Part shown: positions 8,048 through 17,285 of the stretch, piece by piece
Numbering within the stretch: position 1 is the stretch's first letter
How the letters are laid out: every line of letters starts with the position of its first letter
NCBI GenBank assembly: GCA_964525365.1
Contig: CAZGGW010000002.1
Location: 1 to 53,114 of the forward strand
Reading direction: 5' to 3'
Source of the DNA: an uncultured Muribaculaceae bacterium
Lineage (GTDB): Bacteria; Bacillota_I; Bacilli_A; RF39; UBA660
Length of the DNA: 53,114 nucleotides
Notes under the pieces: model-generated
The model's input: only the letters and a program-made list of their open reading frames with translations
Told to the model about the DNA's origin: nothing
Database searches by the model: none
Translations under genes and position numbers: made by a program

Positions 8048-8719
8048 TCAATAATCTTTTAATGTTTCTATTATCTTATTTGATATAAAATTATATCCTT
8101 CTTCAGTAGGATAATTGTTTGTAGGCAAGTAATTTATATTAAATTCAAATTCTTTTTTTATTTCTATGTAAATAGTATTTTTATTTTCTAAAGTCTTTAA
8201 AAGCGTTTCTAACTCGTCTACTAAATATTTTCTTTCATCAATATAATATAGTCCTATTATAAAAATTTCACAGTCATTGAGCTTTCTTATTTTATTTATT
8301 AATGTACTATAATCGTTATATATTTCAATTATTTTATTGTTTTTTTCTAAATAACTCAATTCTTCTTTCTTCATAGTTTCTTTTAACTCTGTCATCCCAT
8401 ATGATAAAGTTAAAATATTTGCTTGCTTTATGATTTGATTTATATTTTCGTGATCTAGATTATTTGTTATTTCTTTTATAGTTTCTTTTATTAATAATCC
8501 TTCTTTTGTATAAAAATCGTTATAACTTTTTAATTTTTTTTCTTTTAATAATTCTTCTTTTAATAAATACGAAAAACTTTTTGTATAAGTATTTAAATTA
8601 GTTTTTCCTATCGAAAGTTCATCTCCTAACGAAACGTAATTTAACTTATGAACATACGTTAGTTTAAAAATTACTATAATCAAAATTACAGTAAAAAGAA
8701 AAATAATTTTTATTTTCAT
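8048..8719 (-). CDS. Membrane-anchored SGNH/GDSL-fold protein with substituted catalytic residues
   Basis: It has an N-terminal TM segment. Block I reads VSLGDELSIG (GDS becomes GDE). The C-terminal block reads NNYPTEEGYNFISNKII, where DxxHP is expected. The family assignment is by pattern only. Confidence 0.45.
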   Translation of the reverse strand: MKIKIIFLFTVILIIVIFKLTYVHKLNYVSLGDELSIGKTNLNTYTKSFSYLLKEELLKEKKLKSYNDFYTKEGLLIKETIKEITNNLDHENINQIIKQANILTLSYGMTELKETMKKEELSYLEKNNKIIEIYNDYSTLINKIRKLNDCEIFIIGLYYIDERKYLVDELETLLKTLENKNTIYIEIKKEFEFNINYLPTNNYPTEEGYNFISNKIIETLKDY

Positions 8720-8727
8720 AGTTAATA

Positions 8728-9981
8728 TTACTCAATTATTTTGATTTTAGCACCCACTTCGGACAATTTTTCAATTATATCCTCATATCCTCTTAATATA
8801 AATTCTATATTATCTATTGTTGTTGTTCCTTCCGCTACTAAACCTGCGACAAGTAAAGAAGCTCCAGCTCTTAAATCAGTTGCAACAACATTTTTTCCTT
8901 TTAATTTAGTTGGGCCATATATTTGTAACACATTATTTTTTACAAGTTTTGTGTTTGCTCCCATATTATTTAAATATTCTGCATTTTTAAATCTACTTTC
9001 ATATATTGTTTCTTCTATCATTGATTTACCATTTGCTTGAGTTAATAAGGTAGTAAATGGTTGCTGCAAATCAGTGGGAAATCCAGGATAAGCAAGTGTT
9101 ATTATATTTGTCCCAGTTAATTTTTTTTGCTTACTTATTATTATTTCATCATCATTTATTATAAAGTCTACACCTACTTCTTTTAATTTAATTAGAAGCA
9201 TCCGAATATGTTCCTTTATAACAGATTTGATTTTTAAATTTTTTCCAATTAAAGCCCCTATTATTAAATAAGTTCCAGCTTCTATTCTATCTGGAAAAAC
9301 TTCAATCACTCCATTTTCTAATGTTTCTACTCCTCTTATTTCTATACAACTTGTTCCAGCTCCAGATATTTTAGCTCCCATATTTATTAAAAAAGATGCT
9401 ATATTTACTATTTCTGGCTCTTTTGCTGCATTTTCTATTATAGTTAACCCTTTTGCTTTAGTAGCTGCAATCATTATATTTATAGTTGCTCCTACGCTAG
9501 GAAAATCTAAATATATTTTATTTCCTTTTAATTCCTTCGCTTTTATTATATATTTATTTTTAATTTGAGTTACAGTTGCTCCTAATAATTTAAATCCTTT
9601 TATATGTAAGTCTATTGGTCTGTTTCCAATTTTACAACCTCCTGGGAAAGAAATTTCTACTTTTTTAAATTTTGCTAATAACGCTCCCATAAAATAATAT
9701 GATGCTCTCATCTGCACACTTAATTCTTCTGGTATTTTCTTATTAACACAATTGGTACTATCTATTTTTAATGTGTTACCATTATAATCTACTTTACAAT
9801 TCAAAAGTTCTAATATTTCTATCAAATATTTTATATCACTTATTTTAGGTACGTTATAAATAATGGAGTTATTACAAGATAATATTGCTGCCGGTATCAA
9901 AGCTACCGCACTATTTTTTGCTCCACTTATATTTATTGTTCCTTCTAATAGTTGATTTCCATTTATTTCTATTTTTGGCAT
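8728..9981 (-). CDS. murA: UDP-N-acetylglucosamine 1-carboxyvinyltransferase
   Basis: 417 aa: ISGAKNSAVALIPA, an active-site Cys loop (PGGCKIGNRPIDLH), and LRGYE at the C-terminus. Confidence 0.95.
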   Translation of the reverse strand: MPKIEINGNQLLEGTINISGAKNSAVALIPAAILSCNNSIIYNVPKISDIKYLIEILELLNCKVDYNGNTLKIDSTNCVNKKIPEELSVQMRASYYFMGALLAKFKKVEISFPGGCKIGNRPIDLHIKGFKLLGATVTQIKNKYIIKAKELKGNKIYLDFPSVGATINIMIAATKAKGLTIIENAAKEPEIVNIASFLINMGAKISGAGTSCIEIRGVETLENGVIEVFPDRIEAGTYLIIGALIGKNLKIKSVIKEHIRMLLIKLKEVGVDFIINDDEIIISKQKKLTGTNIITLAYPGFPTDLQQPFTTLLTQANGKSMIEETIYESRFKNAEYLNNMGANTKLVKNNVLQIYGPTKLKGKNVVATDLRAGASLLVAGLVAEGTTTIDNIEFILRGYEDIIEKLSEVGAKIKIIE

Positions 9982-10047
9982 TATTTCCTCTTCATATAAA
10001 TACTATAATGTTTTTTTGATTTTTAGTCAAATTTTTTAAAGTTACCT

Positions 10048-10590
10048 TTACGAAATCAGATAATATAATAATAAAATTGTTAATATAAAAGCCGCTATTA
10101 TTTTTGAAATTTCTCCAGTTTTATTACTAACAATTTTTCCAAGTTTAAATCCTGTGATTGTAAATATAAAACTAAATGCACTAAATACTATGCAAGAAAG
10201 TAAAATTTTATTTGTAATAACATTCAATCCTATACCAACAGAAAAACTATCTATAGAAACAAAAAATCCAAATAATATTATATTTAAAATGTTTAGATTA
10301 TTATACTTTATTTCTTCTTTCAAAGACTTAATTATTTGAAATATTAAAATAAAAAATATGGCACATATTAAATAACGAGTATCAATTTTTAGATATTTTA
10401 CCAATTCAGTTCCTATTGTTATTCCTACGAGTGGCATTATGAAATGAAATATTCCAACTATTATTGAACAATACAACATATTTTCTTGTGAAATTCCTAA
10501 AATTCCGTAAGCAATTGACAAACTAAAAGCATCCAAGCTTAAACTAATCGCTATCAAAAATATAGAAACTATTTCAAAATTAATTCTCAT
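10048..10590 (-). CDS. ytaF: YtaF / MntP-family (DUF204) integral membrane protein
   Basis: 180 aa with 6 TM helices and duplicated SLSLDAFS / SIDSFSVG motifs. It lies adjacent to spoIIR, as is common in spore formers. Confidence 0.7.
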   Translation of the reverse strand: MRINFEIVSIFLIAISLSLDAFSLSIAYGILGISQENMLYCSIIVGIFHFIMPLVGITIGTELVKYLKIDTRYLICAIFFILIFQIIKSLKEEIKYNNLNILNIILFGFFVSIDSFSVGIGLNVITNKILLSCIVFSAFSFIFTITGFKLGKIVSNKTGEISKIIAAFILTILLLYYLIS

Positions 10591-10605
10591 ACAATAATTT
10601 TATTA

Positions 10606-11124
10606 TTAATATTTAAAATTATCTATTATTTTTGTTATTAAAAATTTATATTCTATTTTTTTAGATTCTGTTTCTTCTATTAAACAAAGCGGAGGAAACA
10701 TAACACACCAATAATTGCTTCCTTTACCACTTCCTAATGTAATTACCAACGATTCATAATTTCCTTTTGGATAGATAACATCTTTATAATTTTTTTCTGG
10801 AAAATAATTTATTCCATATTTAACACTATAACTTAAGTCGGATTTATTTTCTACTAATACATTTCCTATATCATTTTCTATATTGTGAACCATATCCACT
10901 ATTCTATTTCTTGAGTCTTCTATATTATTAGAAGCATTTATATAAGTCAGTTCATCTGTAATACTTTCCAATACTAAACTTTTTAATTTTATATCTTCTT
11001 CTGTATCACTATTTGGTATTATTCTAAATCTTATAGATTCTTCTGGAATAATATATTTTTCATTTTTTATATTTATAAAAAATATTGCTGTTATTATTGT
11101 TAAAAATATTATCACTTTTTTCAT
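10606..11124 (-). CDS. spoIIR: Stage II sporulation protein R (pro-sigma-E processing signal)
   Basis: A signal peptide is followed by IRFRIIPNSDTEEDIKLK and YWCVMFPPLC, both characteristic of SpoIIR. Confidence 0.85.
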   Translation of the reverse strand: MKKVIIFLTIITAIFFINIKNEKYIIPEESIRFRIIPNSDTEEDIKLKSLVLESITDELTYINASNNIEDSRNRIVDMVHNIENDIGNVLVENKSDLSYSVKYGINYFPEKNYKDVIYPKGNYESLVITLGSGKGSNYWCVMFPPLCLIEETESKKIEYKFLITKIIDNFKY

Positions 11125-11170
11125 TTAAAAATCAACCTTTCAAATTAATGTTGATTTTTTCTGCTATTTT

Positions 11171-11941
11171 TTATTCATTAAAGATAAAAATATATCTATC
11201 ATTTTTTGACAAATCTATTTCTTTCAAAATTTTAGAATTCGGAAAATATTTTTTAGAAATTTTTATTACCGCCTCAGCCTCGAAACTACCGATTTCCAGT
11301 GCTATCATATTTTTCTTGTTTAAGTATTGTTTTGCCTCAAACAATATTTTTTCATAATAAAATAGTCCATTTTGACAAGCATATAAAGCCTTATGTGGTT
11401 CATACTTTTTAACACTAATATCTATTTTTTCACTTTTAGAAATATATGGCGGATTAGAAATAATAATGTCATATTTTTCATGTATATTTGAAAAAATGTT
11501 ACTTCTGATAAAATTTATATTTGTTTCATTTAGTTCAGATGATTTTTTTGCTAAATTTAGAGCTTTACGTGAAATATCACTTGCATCTATTTTTGATTTG
11601 GAAAGTTCTTTTTTTAATGCAATTGAAATGGCACCCGAACCAGTACATAAATCTAATATTTTTATATTTTTATTAAAGTGCTGTTTTATATAATTTATCG
11701 TTTTTTCTACCAAATATTCTGTTTCTGGCCTTGGAATTAAAACATCTTTATTTACTAATATTTTGTAACCATAAAAAGAAACATACCCTATTAAATATTG
11801 AATAGGATAATGTTTATTTAACTTCTTTATGTCTCTTTTTATATTTTCACTTACTTTTATTAGTTCTTTTATTTCAGCATTTCTGCTTTTATAAATATCA
11901 TTTAATGTTATCTGATTCAAGTTTTCGCCTCTCATCTTCAT
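11171..11941 (-). CDS. prmC: Release-factor glutamine N5-methyltransferase PrmC/HemK
   Basis: SAM motif DLCTGSGAI and catalytic IISNPPYI. It lies immediately downstream of prfA, overlapping it by 44 nt. Confidence 0.9.
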   Translation of the reverse strand: MKMRGENLNQITLNDIYKSRNAEIKELIKVSENIKRDIKKLNKHYPIQYLIGYVSFYGYKILVNKDVLIPRPETEYLVEKTINYIKQHFNKNIKILDLCTGSGAISIALKKELSKSKIDASDISRKALNLAKKSSELNETNINFIRSNIFSNIHEKYDIIISNPPYISKSEKIDISVKKYEPHKALYACQNGLFYYEKILFEAKQYLNKKNMIALEIGSFEAEAVIKISKKYFPNSKILKEIDLSKNDRYIFIFNE

Positions 11942-12962
11942 TTATTAAAGCACTAATAAGTTCCGATAAATTTCCTTCCATTATTTTATCCAAATGCATA
12001 ACCGTATAATTAATTCTGTGATCGGTAAGTCTGTTTTGAGGAAAATTATAAGTCCTTATTTTTTCGGATCTGTCACCAGTTCCTATTTTACTTCGCCTTT
12101 CATTACCTAATTTTTCTTCTTGCTTTTGTAGTTCTAAATCATATAATTTGGTCGCTAATATCTTCATACCTTTTTCCTTGTTTTTTATTTGACTTCTTTC
12201 CGTTTGAGAATATACTACAATTCCTGATGGAATATGAGTTATTCTAACAGCTGAATCAGTAGTATTAACACTTTGTCCTCCTGCTCCGCTACTTCGGCAA
12301 ACATCTATTTTTAAATCTTTTTGTTCAATATCAATCTTTACATCATCAGCCTGTGGCATAACTAGTACAGTCGCAGTAGAAGTATGTACTCTACCTTGAG
12401 TTTCTGTTGTAGGAACACGTTGTACTCTATGAGCCCCGCTTTCATATTTTAACTTAGAATATACATTTTCGCCTTTAATCAAAAATTCTATTGTAGAATA
12501 TCCGCCATTCTCTCCTCTTATTTCATGATTTACTTCAATCTTCCATGACTCTTTTTCCGCATATTTTGAATACATTTCAAATAAATCGCCAGCAAAAATA
12601 TTTGCTTCGTCACCACCAGCTGCTCCTCTTATTTCCATTATTATGTCTTTTTCATCATTTTCATCTTTTGGTAGCAATAAAATTTTTAATTGTTGTTCTA
12701 TTTTTTCTTTCTCTTTTGTTAATTTTTGTGATTCTTCGACAGCAAAGTCGTGTAACTCTACATCTTTTTCCATTTCTTGAGCCGTGACTAAATCCAACTC
12801 AATTACTTTGTATTTTTCATACACATCCACGATTTTCTGTAAATAAATTTTCTCTTTTGATAACTTTTTCATTTTCTCAAAATCATTATATATATCTTGA
12901 GATTCCAATTCATTTTGTATCTCATAATATTTCTTTTCAATTATTTCTAATCTTTCTTTCAC
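11898..12962 (-). CDS. prfA: Peptide chain release factor 1
   Basis: 354 aa with RVQRVPTTETQGRVHTS (PxT loop) and SGAGGQSVNTTDSAVRITHIPSG (GGQ motif). Confidence 0.95.
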   Translation of the reverse strand: MKERLEIIEKKYYEIQNELESQDIYNDFEKMKKLSKEKIYLQKIVDVYEKYKVIELDLVTAQEMEKDVELHDFAVEESQKLTKEKEKIEQQLKILLLPKDENDEKDIIMEIRGAAGGDEANIFAGDLFEMYSKYAEKESWKIEVNHEIRGENGGYSTIEFLIKGENVYSKLKYESGAHRVQRVPTTETQGRVHTSTATVLVMPQADDVKIDIEQKDLKIDVCRSSGAGGQSVNTTDSAVRITHIPSGIVVYSQTERSQIKNKEKGMKILATKLYDLELQKQEEKLGNERRSKIGTGDRSEKIRTYNFPQNRLTDHRINYTVMHLDKIMEGNLSELISALINEDERRKLESDNIK

Positions 12963-13002
12963 AATTTCCTCCTATTTTTAATATCTATGTATTAATTCGT
13001 AG

Positions 13003-13452
13003 CTATAAATCGTGATTTACATCCTCATCTTCATCCACTATTACCAAATCTTTTAAATCATCTTCATTATCATCATCTTCGGTATCTTGCTTTTCGTCAT
13101 AATAAAGATCATCTGATTCGCACTCATCTATATCTTCTTCATCTATTATCTCATCACTATCTTCTTCTATATTTTTCAATGAAATTTTTAAACTATGTTT
13201 TTCTCTTAAATCCCAATATCCTTTTTCTAACTGCACAAATCTTTTTTCAGTTGTTAAAAGTGTGAAAAAATCAGCAATTTGATCATCATACGCTTTCTCG
13301 TCAAATTCAAGTATATCGCAAATTGTCTGAAATAAATCAGCCGTTTTCATTTTCTTTCCCTTTTCTTGTAATATCAAATAAGCGATATCATCATAACCTT
13401 TTCCTTCTAATTTTTCTTTTTCTATTTTTAATTTCATTTTTAATCCTTTCAT
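13003..13452 (-). CDS. rpoE: RNA polymerase delta subunit
   Basis: The N-terminal HARE-HTH-like domain (DIAYLILQEKGKKMKTADLF...FFTLLTTEKRFVQLEKGYWDLR) is followed by a long Asp/Glu-rich tail. The start could instead be the second ATG at 13437. Confidence 0.8.
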   Translation of the reverse strand: MKGLKMKLKIEKEKLEGKGYDDIAYLILQEKGKKMKTADLFQTICDILEFDEKAYDDQIADFFTLLTTEKRFVQLEKGYWDLREKHSLKISLKNIEEDSDEIIDEEDIDECESDDLYYDEKQDTEDDDNEDDLKDLVIVDEDEDVNHDL

Positions 13453-13608
13453 TTCTTTCTCCTAACATTATACATATTTTTTTCTATAAATCAATATTAT
13501 TTTGATGACTTTTTAATTTTTGTCATATTATATTTTATATTTTTCATTATAATAAGTGTTTATTTTTTTATTTTTTATACATACTAATGCATGAATGGAT
13601 AAAATATT

Positions 13609-15543
13609 ATGAGATTGATAGCTAAATTAACAAAAGTATTTATTTTTTTAATATTATCTTTTATTATTTTTAACTTTGGATTGTATGCATATGCATATAT
13701 AACACCGAAGTTAGATCTTAAAACAGCCAATCAATTATATATTTATGATTCTGATGGCGATTTGGCATTTGAAAACTTAGATAATTCTAAATGGATTGAA
13801 TTTTCGGACATATCGGAAAATGTTATAAACGCTACTATTTCATTAGAAGATAAAAATTTTTATAATCATAAGGGATTTGATTATCTGAGAATAATAAAAG
13901 CTATGTTAACTAACATTAACAAGCAAAAGATTGTGCAAGGTGCTTCAACTATTTCTCAACAATATGTAAAAAATCTTTTTTTAGACTTTGATAAAACTTG
14001 GAAAAGAAAAATCAAAGAAGCATATTTAACGTTCGAATTAGAGAGCCATTATACAAAAGAAGAAATATTAGAGGGTTATTTAAATACAATTAACTATGGA
14101 ACTGGAAATTATGGAATAGAAAGCGCTAGTAATTATTATTTTAATAAAAGTGCTAGCGACTTAACAATTGCAGAGGCTACCATTTTAGTAGGAATTCCTA
14201 AAAGTCCCAGTTTTTATAATCCAATCACTAACTATAGTAATGCAAAAAAAATTCAAAAAACGATTTTATTTAGTATGGTTAAAAATGGATACTTAACTAC
14301 TGAACAAATGAATAATATATATAATGAGAAATTAGAATTTTATGGAAAAAAAGACAATGGAGTTTTAAGTAGCTTATATTATTATAAAGATGCAGTGGTT
14401 AAAAAATTAAATGAAATTAATACAATTCCCGATTCTCTTATTGAAACCGGAGGATTAAAAATATATACAACTTTAGATGTTGAAACACAAGAAAAACTAG
14501 AAAGTGTAATAAATGAAGAACTTACGATAGATAAACTAGAAATATCATCTTTAGTTGTTGAACCAAATACAGGAAAAGTCTTAGCATTAATTGGAGGTAG
14601 TGACTACAACGAAACTCAATATAACCGCGTAACTCAATCTAAAAGACAAGTGGGCTCTACAATAAAACCTTTCATCTATTATGGAGCTTTATCAAATGGT
14701 TTTACTTCATCTAGTTCTTTTTCTAGTGAACTCACTACTTTTAATATAGGAGATAATAAAACTTACTCACCTAAAAATTACAATAATATTTATGCAAATA
14801 AAAACATTTCGTTAGCTGCCGCTATTGCTTATTCAGATAACATTTATGCGGTTAAAACTCATTTGTTTTTAGGCAATGAAACATTAATAAATACTGCTTT
14901 AATCAGTGGTATCAAAACAGATATCCAAAACAATGCTTCTTCAGCCTTAGGAACTACTGAAATTAATATGCTGGACTATAGTAACGGATACTCAACTTTA
15001 GCTAATAATGGAATAAAAAATGAAAGTTATTTAATAGAAAAAGTTACAGATATAAATGGAAATATTATTTACGAACATGAAGAAACGGCAGAAAAAGTTT
15101 TAAATAGTAAATATGTTTATATTTTAAATGAACTTTTATCTAATACTTATAGTTATTCTTTCGTGGATTATTCAACTCCAACAATGTTATCTGTAAAAAA
15201 TAATTTATCTAAAAAATATGCAGTTAAAAGTGGAACTACTACAACCGATTGTTGGACTATTGGATATAACCCGGAAATATTAGTTATGGTATGGGTTGGA
15301 TATGACAATAATACTGAAGTTTCTTCAAAAGAATCTAAAATATCTAAAAAAATATGGGCAAAATCTATTGATTTAATATTAGAACAAAAAAAAGAAACTT
15401 GGTATGAAATACCAAATAACGTTACTGCGACATTAGTCAATCCAATATCTGGAGTTTATGAGAAGTCAAATAAAAATGTATTACTTTATTATATAAAAGG
15501 TACAGAACCGCATATAAGTAATACATATGAATTATTAAATTAA
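13609..15543 (+). CDS. Class A penicillin-binding protein (glycosyltransferase + transpeptidase)
   Basis: It has an N-terminal TM segment. The GT51 motifs are EDKNFYNHKGFD and GASTISQQYVKN. The transpeptidase motifs are STIKP, SDN and KSGTT. Confidence 0.9.
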   Translation: MRLIAKLTKVFIFLILSFIIFNFGLYAYAYITPKLDLKTANQLYIYDSDGDLAFENLDNSKWIEFSDISENVINATISLEDKNFYNHKGFDYLRIIKAMLTNINKQKIVQGASTISQQYVKNLFLDFDKTWKRKIKEAYLTFELESHYTKEEILEGYLNTINYGTGNYGIESASNYYFNKSASDLTIAEATILVGIPKSPSFYNPITNYSNAKKIQKTILFSMVKNGYLTTEQMNNIYNEKLEFYGKKDNGVLSSLYYYKDAVVKKLNEINTIPDSLIETGGLKIYTTLDVETQEKLESVINEELTIDKLEISSLVVEPNTGKVLALIGGSDYNETQYNRVTQSKRQVGSTIKPFIYYGALSNGFTSSSSFSSELTTFNIGDNKTYSPKNYNNIYANKNISLAAAIAYSDNIYAVKTHLFLGNETLINTALISGIKTDIQNNASSALGTTEINMLDYSNGYSTLANNGIKNESYLIEKVTDINGNIIYEHEETAEKVLNSKYVYILNELLSNTYSYSFVDYSTPTMLSVKNNLSKKYAVKSGTTTTDCWTIGYNPEILVMVWVGYDNNTEVSSKESKISKKIWAKSIDLILEQKKETWYEIPNNVTATLVNPISGVYEKSNKNVLLYYIKGTEPHISNTYELLN

Positions 15544-16661
15544 TCTTTTTTTATTTTAATCACTATTTGATACATATCTTCAAAATCAAATTCTTCAGTG
15601 CTTATATTGTATCCCTCATTTTCCATATTTTTAGTAAAATCACGAGCAGTATTTATAGCTTTACTTATTGATTTTTGTTCCAAACCATTAAAATCCGGTT
15701 CAGACTTTTGCTCTTTAAATTCATTTATTATGGGATTTGAGTCTTCTTTGACATTTAAATCCATAAAAGGATTTTCTAAGACTGCTTCTGTATTAGTTTC
15801 TTTTTCTTCTTGAAATGGATTTATAAAAATATTTTGTTTTTCTTCTGGTTGAGTATCAAATAATACTTCTTCTGGTTCTACAACTTCTTTGTTTTCAAAA
15901 TCTACACTTGGTGCTTCTATTGGAGATTCTATTACCTGTGGTTTAATAAAATCCTGTTTTTCAACACTTGGTGAACTGAATAATTTACTAAAATCTATAT
16001 TTTCATCTATATCTTCTTTTTTTATTACTTCAGATTTACTTAAATCTACATTTACATTTCTCAATAATTTGTTTATCTCATCCTCAGTTTGTTTAACAGT
16101 TAACTTTTCATCAATTATTCTATCAAGCATTTTATCTTGTAATTCATCTTTATTTAAAAGTTCTAATAAACTACGTGCATGTCTTTCAGATATTTTATTA
16201 TTTAAAAGTGCTTGTTGAACATTATTATTCAAATTTAAAAGTCGTAATTTATTAGCAATAACAGGTTGACTAACACCTATTTTTTTAGATATTTCTTCTT
16301 GAGTCATACCTTTTTCTTGTAATTTTTGATATGATTTTGCTTCTTCAATAGCGGTTAAATCTTTTCTTTGGACGTTTTCTACTATTGCAATTTGAGCACT
16401 TTCTTTGTCATCAGTTTCAACTATAATAGCCGGAACATTAGAAAGTCCCACCATAGTTGCCGCTTTATATCTTCTTTCACCCGCAATTATTTCGTACTTT
16501 TCTCCTAATTTTCTAAGTACAAGTGGTTGAATTATACCGTGTTCTTTTATTGATGAAGCCAAATCTTCTAATTCTTTTTCTCCAAATGCAATCCTTGGTT
16601 GAAATCTATTTGGGATTATATCCTCTAAAGGAACCATTTTAATTTCTTTACTTTCTTCCAT
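15540..16661 (-). CDS. noc: ParB-family protein of the Noc (nucleoid occlusion) type, with a long acidic insert
   Basis: ParB motifs are PNRFQPR, GERRYKAA and ENVQRKDL. Noc-like signatures are GVSQPVIANKLRLL, ISERHARSLL, LTVKQTEDEI and the C-terminus GYNISTEEFDFEDMYQIVIKIKK. RBS AGAGGA. An in-frame TAA lies 27 nt upstream of the ATG. Confidence 0.8.
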   Translation of the reverse strand: MEESKEIKMVPLEDIIPNRFQPRIAFGEKELEDLASSIKEHGIIQPLVLRKLGEKYEIIAGERRYKAATMVGLSNVPAIIVETDDKESAQIAIVENVQRKDLTAIEEAKSYQKLQEKGMTQEEISKKIGVSQPVIANKLRLLNLNNNVQQALLNNKISERHARSLLELLNKDELQDKMLDRIIDEKLTVKQTEDEINKLLRNVNVDLSKSEVIKKEDIDENIDFSKLFSSPSVEKQDFIKPQVIESPIEAPSVDFENKEVVEPEEVLFDTQPEEKQNIFINPFQEEKETNTEAVLENPFMDLNVKEDSNPIINEFKEQKSEPDFNGLEQKSISKAINTARDFTKNMENEGYNISTEEFDFEDMYQIVIKIKKD

Positions 16662-16786
16662 ATTGTCCTCTTTTCTATTCTTTATTTATATTCTAATATA
16701 TTTTTTATCTTTTTTCAACATAAAAAGATAAAAATCGAGTTTGTATTTTTTTAGTCATAATTAAATATTCTTTTATTATATTAATA

Positions 16787-16820
16787 ATAAAAGAATGTAA
16801 CATACTCTATAGTTACATTC
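16787..16820 (-). terminator. Intrinsic terminator after the NPKTN-protein gene
   Basis: 9-bp stem GAATGTAAC / GTTACATTC with a 10-nt loop, followed by a TTTTAT run on the minus strand. Confidence 0.5.
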
Positions 16821-16834
16821 TCAATCAATTAATA

Positions 16835-17284
16835 TTATTTTTCTAATAAATGTTTTCTTTTTAGTAAAAATATACTTCCACTTATTCCAAAGACACTTAA
16901 TGCGATGATTATAATCTGAACAATAATATTATCATTAGTTTTAGGATTATTTATATTACCAGTATTTTGAACTAATAAAGTTCCAGTTTTAACTGTAAGT
17001 CCATCTACTGATGCTACTTTAACAGTATACTCTTTATTAAGCACTAGATCTATTTTTGAAGACACATAGTTAAAGTTTCCACTCGTTACCGGTGCTACTT
17101 CATATATTAGTGTTTCATTTCCATCAAATACAGCAATTTGAACATCACTTTCTTCGGAAGTACCAGATATTTTAATTGTTCCATTTTCATATTTTATACT
17201 GCCATCTGTAATACTTAAATCTAGAGCATAAATATTAGGAATAAATAATAAGCAAAATGTAATAAATATTATTATTTTTTTCAT
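16835..17284 (-). CDS. Small secreted Ig-like protein with a C-terminal NPKTN cell-wall sorting signal (predicted sortase-B-type substrate)
   Basis: The ATG at 17284 (MKKIIIFITFCLLFIPNIYA) gives a signal peptide. The C-terminus is NPKTN (16934-16948), a 23-residue hydrophobic segment, and KRKHLLEK. The start lies 1 nt after the upstream stop. Confidence 0.6.
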   Translation of the reverse strand: MKKIIIFITFCLLFIPNIYALDLSITDGSIKYENGTIKISGTSEESDVQIAVFDGNETLIYEVAPVTSGNFNYVSSKIDLVLNKEYTVKVASVDGLTVKTGTLLVQNTGNINNPKTNDNIIVQIIIIALSVFGISGSIFLLKRKHLLEK

Positions 17285-17285
17285 A

